64,000 nucleotides of DNA from Eledone cirrhosa (lineage: Eukaryota). Where the stretch lies: the NCBI GenBank assembly GCA_964016885.1, contig OZ024752.1:10912001-10976000 (forward strand). The letters are read 5' to 3'. The translations under genes were made by a program, and so were the position numbers. This document shows, in pieces, positions 1-14,399 of the stretch (positions within the stretch are counted from its first letter, which is position 1; each line of letters starts with the position of its first letter). The notes beneath the pieces were generated by a model. The model saw only the letters and a program-made list of their open reading frames with translations. It was not told where the DNA came from and did not search any database.

Positions 1-16
1 AGTCTTGTGGATTTAG

Positions 17-748
17 ATAATAGTTTCTTATATAGGCACAACGCCAGCAATTTGGGGAAAGGGAAAGCCGATTAAATCGACTCCAGTGCGTGACTGGTAC
101 TTTATTTAATCGACCCCGTAAGGATGAAAGGCAAAGTTAACCTCGGCGGGATTTGAACTCAGACCTTAAAGAACCGTAACTCTATGCTTCAAAGCATGAT
201 GTCCGAGCCTCTACCGATACTGCCAATACACCGCCCTCTTTTGTAGACTTAGATGAGGCAATATGCTTCATATTTAAAGATTATGCCAATGATCTAATTT
301 AATTTAATCATACTAGCTGCAACATAACATAATCATACGTTATGGAAATCTATTATGTAATGATATCTTCTATAAGTACAAGGCCAGCAATTTCGGGGAG
401 ACGTCGATTCAATCGAGCCCAGTGCATTACTGATGCTTGATTTTATCGAACCCGTAAGAATGAAACACAAAGCTAACGTGGGTGCGATTCGAAATCAGAA
501 CGTAAACGGCCGTAACTCTAGTTACACTGCATGGTATCCGACGCTCCACCGATACTGCCTATCATATAATTATTTCTACTTTAGGCACAAGGCCAGCAAT
601 TACCCAATGCATTACTGGTACTTTATTTTATCGACCCCGTAAGGATGAAAGGCAAAGTTAACCTCGGCGGTATTTGAACTCAGACTGTAAAGGGACGTAA
701 CTATGCTAGAAAGCATGGTGTCTGACGCTCTACCTATTCTGCCAATCT
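17..748 (-). mobile_element. Three copies of the dominant tRNA-derived SINE (Nin/Deu-like central domain)
   Basis: The reverse complement carries A-box TGGCAGTATCGG, B-box GAGTTCAAATC, core GCCGAGGTTAACTTTGCCTTTCATCCTTACGGGGTCGATAAAATAAAGTACCAG and tail GGCCTTGTGCC..AAGTAGAAA..ATTAT. The copy at ~567-748 is flanked by the repeat ATCATATAAT. Confidence 0.9.
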
Positions 749-1027
749 ATATCATATAATACTCTATTCTAACAGTGGGTCAAGGATATATAAGTGGTGG
801 GAGGTGAAAGTCGATTGTAGCCGCCCCAGTAATTCACTGATTACTACGATGTGATTCAAACTCGGAATCTAAGGAAGAGTAAATTATATTTGCCGAGGCC
901 ACAGAAATTCTGACAATCCCACGTTTTATCTTAATTCACCAACAGAATCTTTGTGGATCTTTCCTGATTATGTCCTCTAAATGAAACATTTCTAGCTATG
1001 TAGAAGCCATTTCTATATTACACACAG

Positions 1028-1074
<47 letters not shown>

Positions 1075-1140
1075 AAGTTGTTAAACAATATTCGATGATT
1101 AAATATTAACCATATAACATCTCAGGGTATGTCATGTATC

Positions 1141-1203
1141 ATTATATTTTGTCTGATGAGGACGTACTGTTGTACATCTGAAATATGTATAATAAAATGT
1201 AAT
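1141..1203 (+). ncRNA. Type-I hammerhead ribozyme-like motif
   Basis: CTGATGA at 1153-1159, stem II GGACGTAC/GTACATCT, GAAA at 1180-1183, self-complementary TATG, then TA. The segment lies between (AT)n tracts. Stem I pairing next to the core is weak. Confidence 0.55.
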
Positions 1204-1249
1204 TGATCAAAAGGACATCTATTTTATTAATACTTATATTTTAATATAT

Positions 1250-1304
<55 letters not shown>

Positions 1305-1343
1305 GAACAAAGAATCAGCGTTGCATCATATGCGTATTTATAA

Positions 1344-1433
1344 CATATTACATATGTTCCACTGTCGATCAGCTCAAGGAACGATCTATTAATGATCGAA
1401 TCTAACTCTGGAATCGGAAGCTCCTCAGATATG
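1344..1433 (-). ncRNA. Hammerhead ribozyme-like motif with long stem II insert
   Basis: The minus strand reads CATAT-CTGAGGA-(~60 nt)-GGAA-CATATG-TA-ATATG. Stem I is perfect, stem III is the palindrome ACATATGT, and there is one core change (GGAA for GAAA). Confidence 0.5.
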
Positions 1434-1469
1434 GTTTAATATGCAGGCTCGCGTCAGATACACACATAT

Positions 1470-2484
<1,015 letters not shown>

Positions 2485-2489
2485 TGCGC

Positions 2490-4366
2490 GTTCTTTGTGT
2501 GTATAGAAACACATTAATGATAGTGTTTATTATCAGATGGTTATACTACAGAATGCATATATATATATACTGGTGCAAAAATCTCAAAGCTATTTTGGTG
2601 GAATAAGACCCATGTAGTTTAGGAGAAGTAAGCTAAAACATGTATAAATATTGCTAATACAACGTAAAGAACGATGCTTGCCGACTTCATGGAAATAGTA
2701 CTTCTTCAAATTCCCTTAAAGCAACGTATAAGCCATTGCTATTTCTTTCGTTGCTTTTTATTCATCTATTTCTTTCACTACGTAAACGCTTGAATATATC
2801 TTACTCCCAGCATAACTTGACTTTTATTCTTAAATCGATACAAAATATGATTTCTCTTAAGATTGCAATCTAAAAGATGGGTTCTTCCAAAAGCATTATA
2901 ATGGTAACATTACATGGAACATGCGAAACGTACCAGCGAGAATACCGATTAAGATGATAAATACTTGCATCTTTTTTGTGGTGATTAATAATAAAGAATG
3001 CCAAAGAAAGATTGAAAGGTAAGGTGAAATAAAAGACGAAATAATGTTCCATGCTATTTGGGGTTTTCTTTTTCCATACTAGAATAGGTTCATCAGAGTT
3101 TTGTTATACCTTAGGAGAGTGGTAATAACCTAGATCAAAGTCTTATTTTGTTTGATATGCACTGATATCTTTTGCTGTATCGTGCTATAAACTTGGATTT
3201 TCCATTGAAATTTTTCCTACATTTTTATCAATATATTTAATCATGAACTTGTTGTTCGATACCATATTTATATCAAATGTGCATGTGTAAACTTTGGAGA
3301 ATGTATTTAGATGTGGATAATGGTCAATATTACAGTGAATAGTCAGAGGGTATCAATTGCGATCACAGTAAATGAATATATTAATAGGTTAAATAGCTAT
3401 TCTGCCATATCTATCACATTTTGCACTCCAGTATCAAGACATTGTGCTGATATCGGGTTGTAGAAATATGGTAATAGATATAACTAAACGAACAAACAAA
3501 AATGATTTATGTAAGAGTAGGTTATTGGCGTATTATTGGATTGAAAATAATATTCAGAATATATTTCATGAATCAAATATTCCCATTTAAAATGAATATG
3601 AGAGAAAAACATTCAAAAGGTTCAACAATGAACTGTATAGAATATATTCTAAATTATTTTAATTCAATGCAGCAAAACCAGTTCTATGTGTGTCTTGACG
3701 TTCTCTTGTCTTTATTTGGAATATGGGTGCCGTACAAACGACAAAACAGTTTGTTTGAGGGATTTTATCAATAAGGTTTTAATAGTATGTTCCATACTAA
3801 AAGGTAGATAGGGTTTCAGGTGAGCAATGGTCAGTCCTTTTTGTTCAACAATACCTAGTGTTAGGTTCTAGCATTTGTTATTGACTCTTCGCTTCAAACA
3901 CTGTTGGTGCATTCCTTCAAGCAGCTTTATGCGTCAATTATACTTTATTTATACGCCAGTAAAAGCTGAAAAGGCCACGTTTCATATACATGACTCTGGC
4001 GTTAGATCAGATAGCGGTAATAGTATTTAAGCCCATGGTATTTTCTAACTTGTCATATCAAGTACAGGCTTTCTGAATTCTTCTTTATATTTCAGTGTAC
4101 AATGTTAAACAATATACCTGTAAATTATTGTCAAAAACCTTTACTCGTGCGCAATACACGGGGATGTGTGGTTTCGGTCAAAGTAGAGCTCATTTTTACG
4201 TTGTATTAGCAATATTTATACATTTTGAATCATACTACACCTAAACTACATGGCTTTGGGATTTTTGCAACAGCATATCTATGCATTCTGTAATATATGT
4301 TTCTGTAATATAGCCATCTCATAATGAACACTTTCATTAATGTAGGTTTCTATACACACAAAAAAC
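2490..4366. repeat. Diverged ~175-bp inverted repeat (2490-2668 / 4195-4366) enclosing ~1.5 kb
   Basis: TTTGTGTGTATAGAAAC...ATATTGCTAATACAACGTAAA is mirrored by TTTACGTTGTATTAGCAATAT...GTTTCTATACACACAAA. Confidence 0.8.
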
Positions 4367-4484
4367 AAATATATATATATAGTAATAACAATAAATGTGA
4401 AGAGTAAAATCCGAAGAGGGCTTGATAAGGAAGATCCCGTTAAGGGTGAAAGCAGCGATTCTTTGCTTAAACTTTAATCTGTTA

Positions 4485-4552
<68 letters not shown>

Positions 4553-4769
4553 AGAGTATTGAAGTTTGCTTGAAGCATTGTGGAATAATAAGATTTATTT
4601 TCTTTTGGTCGTTTTGGAAGCCTCAACAATGCAGATGGGTAAGTCTCCGGGTACAGGATCCGGTGGTGAAGAGAGAGATGTGAAGGAATGTAGAATGAGA
4701 TATATAGTGTGTAGAGGAGCGTAAAAAATAAAAATAATAACACGAGATAGAGTTACCTTGGGCGAGATT

Positions 4770-5190
4770 TAATTGTCCCTATATTTCGGATTCGCATCCA
4801 TCAACTGGGGCGGTCCAGAGGTGTGTGCGTGGGGGTGGGGGTAATTATCTGTCAGCGCAAACTGTTTCGAGGCCGTGCCAGCTGATGTTGGCTGCCATCA
4901 GATCCTTCCGGAATGTTCGTCGCCAGGTGATTTTTGGGCAACCCCGCCTTCGTTTACCGCCAGGCGGAGTCCAGTCCATCGGTGTTTTCGAATGCCGTTT
5001 ATTTGGCAGACCTGGAATATGGCCAGCCAGACGGCACCGACGCTCCGTGAACACTCTCTGTAGCGTCCACGACCTGGCTCTCCGCAGGATCTCCTCGTTT
5101 CGCACTCGGTCGCAGGCACCGCTGGTGGAAATCATTCAGCCGTCTATATGTTTGCCGTACTCTTCCAGGTCTCGCTCGCATAACGCACTG
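4770..5190 (-). mobile_element. RTE-clade LINE 3' fragment
   Basis: Translates RRLNDFHQRCLR / DRVRNEEILRRA..RLAGHI..MDWTPPGGKRRRGCPKITWRRT, a typical RTE ORF C-terminus, with a frameshift. Confidence 0.85.
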
Positions 5191-5194
5191 AGTG

Positions 5195-5263
<69 letters not shown>

Positions 5264-5755
5264 GACTTAGTTATAATTTCTAGATTTTGAAGCTGATATT
5301 GTTGTTAGATACTATATAAATGCAGCTATCAAAAGTTGTATACCGTTTGTATTATCAATCAAAACTCGGCAACATCTTGAATCTGCTTACATGATAAATC
5401 CGTTCTACTTATTCTGAACCTCAGATATAGAGCAAAATATGTTTAGTTATCAAGCAAAACGAGATAGATAATTGTGTGAGCAACGATTTCTTTTTTGACC
5501 AGCTAATATTGTAGTTTAAATTTTACCAATTGGTTAAACGAATTATTATTGAATCATTGTTTATATGTTTTCGTCTTGCGCTTCGAGAGTTTATGTGTCA
5601 AATGCTACGTCTAATTATGTGCGCACGACCTCTGTACGGCAGAGTTTGTTTGTTGGCCTTTGATCTGTCCTATAACTTGAGCTGTGTTTACTGATTCATT
5701 GGTATTTGTATGAGATGTACATGGGGCAGACAGAAAAATGAATAGTAGCGATCAA

Positions 5756-5931
5756 TAATTGTTTCTACTTTTGGCACAAAGCCTGCAATTATCCAGTGCA
5801 TTACTGGTACTTTATTTTATCGACCACGTAAGGATGGAAGGCAAAGTTGACCTCGACGGGATTTGAACTCAGACCGTAAAGGGACGTAACTATGCTGAAA
5901 AGCATGGCATCCGACCCTCTAGCGATACTGC
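5756..5931 (-). mobile_element. Dominant SINE copy
   Basis: Matches the family consensus. Confidence 0.9.
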
Positions 5932-7497
5932 GTTTTATTATAAGGGCGGTGAATAGTGATTAATAATGGTTTCTTATGTAGGTACATGGCCATCAATTTT
6001 GGGGGAGGGGAAGGTCATAAAGGGTGGTAACACTATTTTGCAAAGCATCGCGTCGGACTCTCTTCCGATACTGCCAATCCACCGCCCTTATAATAAAACG
6101 TCTCTTACACCCGATAATACGCTGTATCATTACACAACAACGGTATTATGCACATATTTGAAGGCATGTATCTATATGCAAAGTCCTAGCACCATTTGCA
6201 AACCACTGATGAGAAGAATGGTAATCAAAATAGCTCCAAGCCTTGAGGTTGTTCCATTCACACCCCTTCACCAGAGAGTTAAACCGTTAAAGTTCAATAC
6301 AAATATGTTTACGCTATTTATTGCATAGGACAATAAAATGGATTTTTTTTATTTGTCATGCTTCTCAGACTTTCCAATATGTTAGCCAATGTTTGTGATT
6401 ATCAATGTTACTCCTCATAGAAAGCAATCATGTTATTTTTGATCTAGTATGCATCTTCTGTTTCAATTTTTCAACACAGCACAACATATCGAATACTTTC
6501 ACCAAAACATCGAAACGAGGGAAATCAGTATTATTTTCCAAAATGTCTAATCGTTTAATGCCTTTTATTCTTCATTGATTTAAAGATATTTGTATGAAAT
6601 ATATAAACTTTTTTCTGTTGTTAATCTGTAATTTTTAAATTCCATCAATTTTCTAGTTATCATATTAGTTTTTGTTTATTATTAAAATAACAGAAATACT
6701 CCCATGTTTTATTTCTAGAAAAAAATACTTTTTGGTAGAATTTATGTTTCACAAGAACGTGTACAGTTAAATATTTTCTTCTTTTTAATGTCATTTTTAT
6801 TTCTTGACACCTTTCTGTGTCTTGTAACATTGATATATATTGAGACAAGCAAGATAAAACAATCAATTTCAATGTATTTCCTGTGAGCTAAAAAACGTGA
6901 CAACTCAATCATGAGAAAAATTAATTATAGAGGAAACAAAGCTATTTACACTTTTGCCACAATTTAGTTCACTCCGGCAAATTTATGCCAGGAAAATTGT
7001 AATATAATCATTGAAGGGTATTAAATAATATGTTTGCTTAATTTCTCTAGCGGAAGTCTATTATACTGCTGGTAGCATTTTTGTGAGACAAAATATTTAT
7101 TCCAGGATTTGAGACGGTCACGTTTGGGTTATATCGCACATTTATAATAATGTTTGATTCGTTTGCAAGCAAACAGCCCGATTTGAGGCTGTGTCGGTGA
7201 GCGAGAGAGAGAGACATAAGCAGAACAATTATTATAATCTAGTGAATGTTTGTTTTCAAAGGATTTTTAAAAATTTGGAAGATAATTATTGTAATTGATT
7301 TAAATGAATGTAAAACCAAATATGGCGATAGTCGGAATATGAGGGACGGGGGAATGTCAAAGAAATATGAAGATTCAAACATGATATTTTCCATTAGATC
7401 CGACGTTTAACATTTATACAGTGCTAAATCTAAAAAAAAAAGGTGACAATACATGTTTAGAATCCAATTTTCCTCATCCACATATTGAAGCAATTTA

Positions 7498-7806
7498 ATT
7501 GTTTCTACTCTTGGCAAAAGGCCAGCAAATTATCCCTGTGCAAAACTGGTACTTTATTTTATCGACCCCGTGAGGATAAAAGGCAAAGTTAACCTCGGCA
7601 GGATTTGAACAGACCGTAACAGGACATAACTATTCTAGAAAGCATGGCGTGCAACCCTCTACCGATATTGACAATTCACCGAGTAATACTAGCTTTTACT
7701 TTTGGCACAAGGCCAACAATTATCCCCGTGCATTACTGGTACTTTATTTTATCAACCCCGTAACGATGAAAGGCAAAGTTAACCTCAGAGGGATTTGAAC
7801 TCAGTC
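7498..7806 (-). mobile_element. Two tandem SINE copies
   Basis: Both match the family consensus; the second is 5'-truncated. Confidence 0.9.
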
Positions 7807-8724
7807 CATGAGGCTTTATAGCGTACAAACATATAATCTTTGTTATTTATGGATTTGAAGAGAAATAATCCAGAAGATATTCCCTACTAGAATAATTCTG
7901 GTAAATTTAGAAAAATTCCTTTGGGTTCTTTGAATAAAATTGCCATTCTCTAAGATCTTGTGCTATGTACGTCTATCAAATGGCCGAGGTTTCACACTGA
8001 TTATGATAACATCATGGAATTCTGAATAATTTCTAACAAATGCTGAGTCAATATAACACCTATGAATATAAATAATTAAGATGAAAGAATCAGGAACACT
8101 AAGGAGTTGTGAGCACTTTATATACTGTAATAGATTAATCGGGTTCGAAATATTACTCAGTGCGGAACTTCTAAGATAATAGGATACTGCGCGTTTCCTC
8201 GAGAACTTGTTGGTTTTCAATTATTCACTATACAAAGAGATGCACAGATTATGTAGTAGTAATTGCATATAACGTAATGATAACAAAGGATCACAAACTG
8301 AATTAACTTTTAGAATATTATAGGATTCTCATTCTATACGAGTTGAACAACAGGTGCGATAACACCTTTTAAACAACGCCTACCTGTAATGGCGTTATCC
8401 ACTGTTCTACCTTAATTAGTATAATGTTTATTTTCGTGCGAGATCCGGATTTGGATTTAAATGAATAAATGGATTAAGAAAGAAATGTAGGAATGGATAA
8501 ATGGATGAAGCAATGAAAGACTAACTCAATAAACAGGCGAATAAAGAGGCAATGGGTTGGCTGATGTGTGAGGGGGAGGGGGGTCTAACCTCAATGAATG
8601 GTTTCATCTCATTGATATTGTTTATCTATAGAATCAGATTTGATGGTTAAAATGGTTGCATATGTAACCACTTCATTCTTTTATCACGGTGTATGAATCC
8701 CAGAGAAGATTATTCTCATTGTAA

Positions 8725-8970
8725 AATGATATAATACGTCTCCAGTAATATTTTGCTTCTATATATTCCAATTTGAGGGACCACGGAGGCTCATCGACCT
8801 TTTGACACCTATTCATACCTAGTTGAGGTGCATCGCCCAGGAATCATCTTCTGAAAATACATTTTTGAATTTTAAAGTGACATAATACGTATCCATGGAT
8901 ATTTCGCTGCTATATATTGCAGTTTGAGTGACAACGGATGTTCCTCCTTCCATTTGCCCCTACTCATAGC
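8725..8970. repeat. Old ~150-bp direct duplication
   Basis: ATAATACGT.TCCA...ATATT..GCT.CTATATATT.CA.TTTGAG.GAC.ACGGA occurs twice. Confidence 0.65.
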
Positions 8971-9711
8971 AGGCCTTGTGTATGAGTGCGATTTTTAAGT
9001 GTATGCATCTAATATGAAAGAATTGGTAACAAATTGTTGACTTCTACATCGTATGTGTTCTCCCGTAGCATACTCTGTACAATATTTGTGAAATGTTTGG
9101 TGTCCATAATGACAACAGCGCCTCCAATGTCAGCTAATTATATAATAATATTTATGTCCAGTATCAACTTTCGATTGTGTTGATGGTTTTTCTGGTTATA
9201 TTGGACATTGTTTGTATTTTTGGCAGTTTGTCAACTGGAACATTTGAGATCTATACACAAAGTTCATGATAGAGCCGTATCCCTGAATTTTGGAAGTTAA
9301 TATTCGATTTTGTTTTCATTAAAGATTCAACACTACAAGGAATAAAAACGTAAGAGCTATTAAAATATAATTAAGGATGTTATTCTAAAGAAGGTCGTGT
9401 AATAACCATAGTTGCTTACTATATTCCTCACATCAGTCGATATTAACTATATATATATTTTATAGAGAATTGATTTCTACCTGATTAGAATTGTTTTATT
9501 CTTAAGATATTTTCATACGAATTAAAGTGTTTTGTAGAAGTGGGATTCGGTAGTTAGTTAAATATAGATAGATAGATAACAAAGAGGATGTGATAAGATA
9601 CCAGATGGACCATAACGCACCAGAGTACTCACTACTTAGGGTAGTAGAGTGGGTAATATGATCTAGCTGTCGAAACGGCTGGAGCTCAGCCGTCGGGGTC
9701 CTGACTCTTTT

Positions 9712-10170
9712 CTTAGATAGATAGATAGATATATATAGATAGATAAAAAGATAGAAAGATAGTGAGAAAGAAAGAGAGCTACACGGATAGACACATAGAT
9801 AGATATGCAGATGGATATATATATAGATAGATAGACATATGTTAATAGATAGATAGATATATGTTAATACATAGATAGACATATGTTAATAGATAGACAT
9901 ATGTTAATAGATAGATAGATATATGTTAATAGATAGATAGATATATGTTAATAGATAGATAGACATATGTTAATACATAGATAGATATATGTTAATACAT
10001 AGATAGATATATGTTAATAGATAGATAGACATATGTTAATAGATAGATAGACATATGTTAATAGATAGATAGACATATGTTAATACATAGATAGATATAT
10101 GTTAATACATAGATAGATATATGTTAATAGATAGATAGACATATGTTAATAGATAGATAGACATATGTTA

Positions 10171-10222
<52 letters not shown>
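9712..10222. repeat. (GATA)n-based compound repeat with ~22-bp unit ATATGTTAATAGATAGATAGAY
   Basis: The tandem pattern is directly visible and ends in pure (GATA)n. Confidence 0.95.
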
Positions 10223-10223
<1 letters not shown>

Positions 10224-10837
10224 ATGAAAGAGAAAAAGAAATATACGGGAGGAGAATGTTTAGATTACAACTGAATATATTTAGTTTCTTAAATAACAAA
10301 ACAATATTTAGCTGTTTGGCTCATTCATTTGTGTTCTGTTTGATTTTAATTGATTGTAATTGTGTACTTCTATTCAACGTATTGAAGACATGTTAAGAGT
10401 GCTGCTTCAGATGTTTATGTTGATTATTATGAGACCAAAGTATGTAATCAATTTAGTTCCATAGTAATTACACAGTATGCAAGACATTGATCATTGTACT
10501 ATGCCTAATTCTAAATGAATAATATGTAATGAAACAAATTCAGTAGAGATATGCTGCATTCACTATACTAGAAATCGATATTTTAAACTTTAAGAATTCT
10601 AAATTCATATGAAGATATTCAATAAAACAATCTAATTTACGTTGTATTTTATTGGTGCAATATAAGATATTTCTAAACTCTAAAATGAGAATGATACTGG
10701 CATGATATCAGAACTCTTTCAAGCGAACATGTGAGATTATTACGAACGATAATATGCAGGTAGCGACAACGAGAAATATAAGTAACAAATGCATCTTGAT
10801 ATTCTCTCATTTATTAGTAATTATTGACATTATTTAG

Positions 10838-12520
10838 AGTGGCAGTATCTGTAGAGGGTCAGACGCTATGCTTTGCAGCATAGAGTTACGCCCCTCTATA
10901 GTCTGAGTTCAAATCCCACTGAGGTTAGCTTTGCCTTTCATCCTTACGGGGTCGTTAAAATAAAGTACCAGTAATGCACTGGATTAATTACAGGTAGGGA
11001 CAACGATATGTGTTGAGAAATGCATCTTGATATTCTCTTATCTATTAATAATTATTGACATTATTTAGAGTGGTAGTATCGGTAGAGGGTCAGACCCCAT
11101 ACTTTGCAGCATAGAGTTACGCCCCTTTATAGTCTGAGTTCAAATCCTGCCGAGGTTAACTTTGCCTTTCATCCATACGGGGTCGACAAAATAAAGAACC
11201 AGTAATACACTGGGGTTAATTGATGGCCTTGTGCCAAAAAGTTGGACCAATTATTTAGATTGGCAGTATCGGTAAAGAGTCGGGTTCCATGCTTCGGAGC
11301 ATGAGTTCAAATCCCGCGAGGTTAGCTTTGCCTTTCATCTTACGGTTTCCATAAAACAACGTACCAGTAATGCACTGGTTTCGATGTAATTGATTTTCCA
11401 TCCGCCCAAAATTGCTGGCATTGTGCCTAAAGTAGAAACAATTATTATTTTGTTGGTTTGGGAATATCGGTAGAGCGTTGAACAAAATTTCATGCGGTAT
11501 TTGGTTACGACTTTCTACATTCTGAGTTCAAATCCTGCCGAGGTTAGCTTTGCATTTAATCCTTATGGGGTCGGTATTATAAAGTGCCATTTCCCTTCAG
11601 ATTCCTGGCGTTGTGTTAAATGCAGAAACAATTATTATATATACAAGGGCAGTGGATTGACAGTAAACCGTCAGATAACATGCTCTGTCGGATTGATTGC
11701 GTCCCTTAAAGTTCTAGGTTCAATTCCCATCAAAATAGCTTTGCCTTTCATCCCTAGGGTCACTAAAATAATGTAACAGTAATGCACTGAGGTCGATTTA
11801 TTCGATTCTACCCTCCCCTAAAATTGTTGGCGGTGTGCCTAAATCACAAAAAGGTTACGTCCCTTTAAGATCTGAGTTCAAATCCCGCCGAGGTTAACTT
11901 TGCCTCTCATCCTTACGGGGTCGATAAAATAAAGTACCAGTAATACACTGGTAATTGCTGGCCTTGTGCCAAAAGTAGAAACAATTATTATATTTATGAT
12001 CTGAGTTCACATCCCGCCGAGGTTAACTTTACCTTTCATCCTTACGGGGTCGATAAAATAAAGTACCAGTAATACACTGAGATACATTTAATCCCCCCCC
12101 CCTACAAAAAAACATTGCTGGCCTTGTGCCTATATAAGAAAGCAATATTATATTATATATACAACGCAGTATCTGTAGAGTGAAGGGTAACATGTTCCGT
12201 CACATGGATTACCGAACATTAGGGCGGTAGATTGGCAGTATCGGTAGAAGGTCGGACGCCATGCTTTGCAGCATAGTTACGTCCCTTTACGGACCGAGTT
12301 CAAATCCTGCCGAGGTTAACTTTGCCTTTCATCCTTTCGAGGTCGATAAAATAAAGTACCAGTAATACACTGGAATAATTGTCAGCCTTGTGCCAAAAGT
12401 AGAAACAATTATTAATGTTCGGAGTTTAATTTCAATCGAGGTTTCGATTTGTCATTACGGAGGCGTTAAATTAAAGTACCAGTAACGAACTGGTTCATTT
12501 TAATCGAATTTCCCTTCCCC
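10838..12520 (+). mobile_element. Dense cluster of ~9 same-orientation SINE copies or fragments
   Basis: The SINE core repeats throughout. The first two copies lie in a tandem duplication that includes unique flank (10757-10985 vs 10991-11215). Confidence 0.9.
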
Positions 12521-12950
12521 AAAATTTGGAAGATATAGTGTACTATACTATACGCCCTCACGAAATCTTTAGCCTTCTAGCTATGGTAGAATGAAATATT
12601 ATCGTCAATCTTATTTCGTTTTCAATTTTTGAGATAGGAAAGTGATTGTGGTAATGATACAAAAAGTGTCCTTTTTATTTGCTAGTGGAAGCAATTAACG
12701 TATAAGTCTTTCATAGAATAGCTTCCATGTTTATTTTCGATTATCTCTGAACAATAGGCATTCTAGTTATAGACGTTATGAGGCGATATATTGTGACAAT
12801 CTGTATAATATCTAATTGAAAATGATATAAATGAAAAAGATATGATTTGTGACAGTTGTGTGTTAGAGAGACAATCTTGCCACAAAAAGATCAATTGTGC
12901 TTCTTGTCTCCTACAATGAGAGACAGTAATTTAATTCTGAATCAAAATAA

Positions 12951-13007
12951 ATTGTTTCTAGTTTAGGCACAAAGACAGCAATTACCCAGTGCATTACTGG
13001 TACTTTA
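12951..13007 (-). mobile_element. 5'-truncated SINE (~55 bp) with target-site duplication
   Basis: Flanked on both sides by TTCTGAATCAAAATAA. Confidence 0.8.
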
Positions 13008-13087
13008 TTCTGAATCAAAATAATAAGTATAAACTCTTCAAAATACATTGATGCTGTTTGTTTGTTTGTATACCCATCTATTAAGAC

Positions 13088-13910
13088 GTGTGTGTATGTG
13101 CTTGCATGTGTATCCTTGCTCCTGTGTGTGTATGTGTGTGTATGTGCTTACACGTGTGTCCTTGCCCCTGTCTGTGTATGTGTGTGTATGTGCTTGGACG
13201 TGTGCCCTTGCTCCTATGTGTGTATGTGTGTGTATATATGTGTATGTCTGTGTATGCGCTCGCACGTGTTTCCTTGCTCCTGCGTATGTATATATGTGTA
13301 TGCGCTTGTACGTGTGTCCTTGCTCCGGTGTGTGTATGTGTGTGTGCACGTGTGCCCTTGCTCCTGTGTATGTATGTGTGTGTATGCGCTTGTACGTGTG
13401 TCCTTGCTCCTGTGTGTGTATGTGTGTGTATATATGTGTATGTGTGTGTGCACGTGTGCCCTTGCTCCTATGTGTGCATTTGTGTGTATATATGTGTATA
13501 TCTGTGTATATCTGTGTATATCTGTGTATGCGCTTGCACGTGTGCCCTTGCTCCTGTGTATGTATGTGTGTGTATGCGCTTGTACGTGTGTCCTTGCTCC
13601 TGTGTGTGTATGTGTGTGTGTATATATGAGTATGTGTGTGTGCACGTGTGTCCTTGCGCCTGTGTGTGTATATGTGTGTGTGTGAGTATGCGCTTGCTCC
13701 TGTGTGTGTATGTGTATATGTGTATGTGTGTGTATGCGCTTGCTCCTGTGTGTATGTGTGTGTATATATGTGTATGTATGTGTATGCGCTTGTACGTGTG
13801 TCCTTGCTCATGTATGTGTATGTGTGTATATGCGCTTGCACGTGTCTCCTTGTCCCTGTGTGTGTGTGTATGTGTCTGTATATAAGTGCGTGTATGTATG
13901 TGTGCACGCA
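13088..13910. repeat. Compound minisatellite: YACGTGTGYCCTTGCTCC core (~15 copies) with variable (TG/TA)n linkers
   Basis: Directly visible; it produces the spurious His/Thr and Cys/Val ORFs. Confidence 0.93.
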
Positions 13911-14399
13911 TCTCTGTATTACTGGGAAAATTAAAGCATTAAAAATTAGAAGTCTGAATATTAGAAGACGAAATTCTGTCAAATGTTCAACTTTCCTACC
14001 ATAAACACTATTCACATATAAATTTGAGAAGTGTTGATATTCACATATGACGTGTGTTCGATAATTAACACTTGACAAGAAATCGAAAGTTCATCTTTTT
14101 ACAACATACTTTTGGTTATCACTTAAACAAGATGTAAGGCCACATGAGACACTGCTAAAATCGATTGAGTTCATATTTCCAAGTTTGATAGCGGGGAGAA
14201 ATATAGTATGTTCCTCCGAACTAAAATGAATGTGGCTGCTATTATTAAAATGTCGAGAGACCAGGCAAACGGGATTTAGTTTCCTAAATCTCTGATTGGT
14301 TTCAGCCCCCGAATCTTGTGTATTCAAATGATGCCCTGCTAAAATCCAATTTCGTACTTCTTTTTCTTTTTTCTTCTTCCTCTTCTCCTTTTCAAAATC

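Noticed and set aside
13038-14078. 346-aa His/Thr-rich ORF and overlapping Cys/Val ORFs
   Set aside because: These are translations of a TG-rich minisatellite that is open in most frames.
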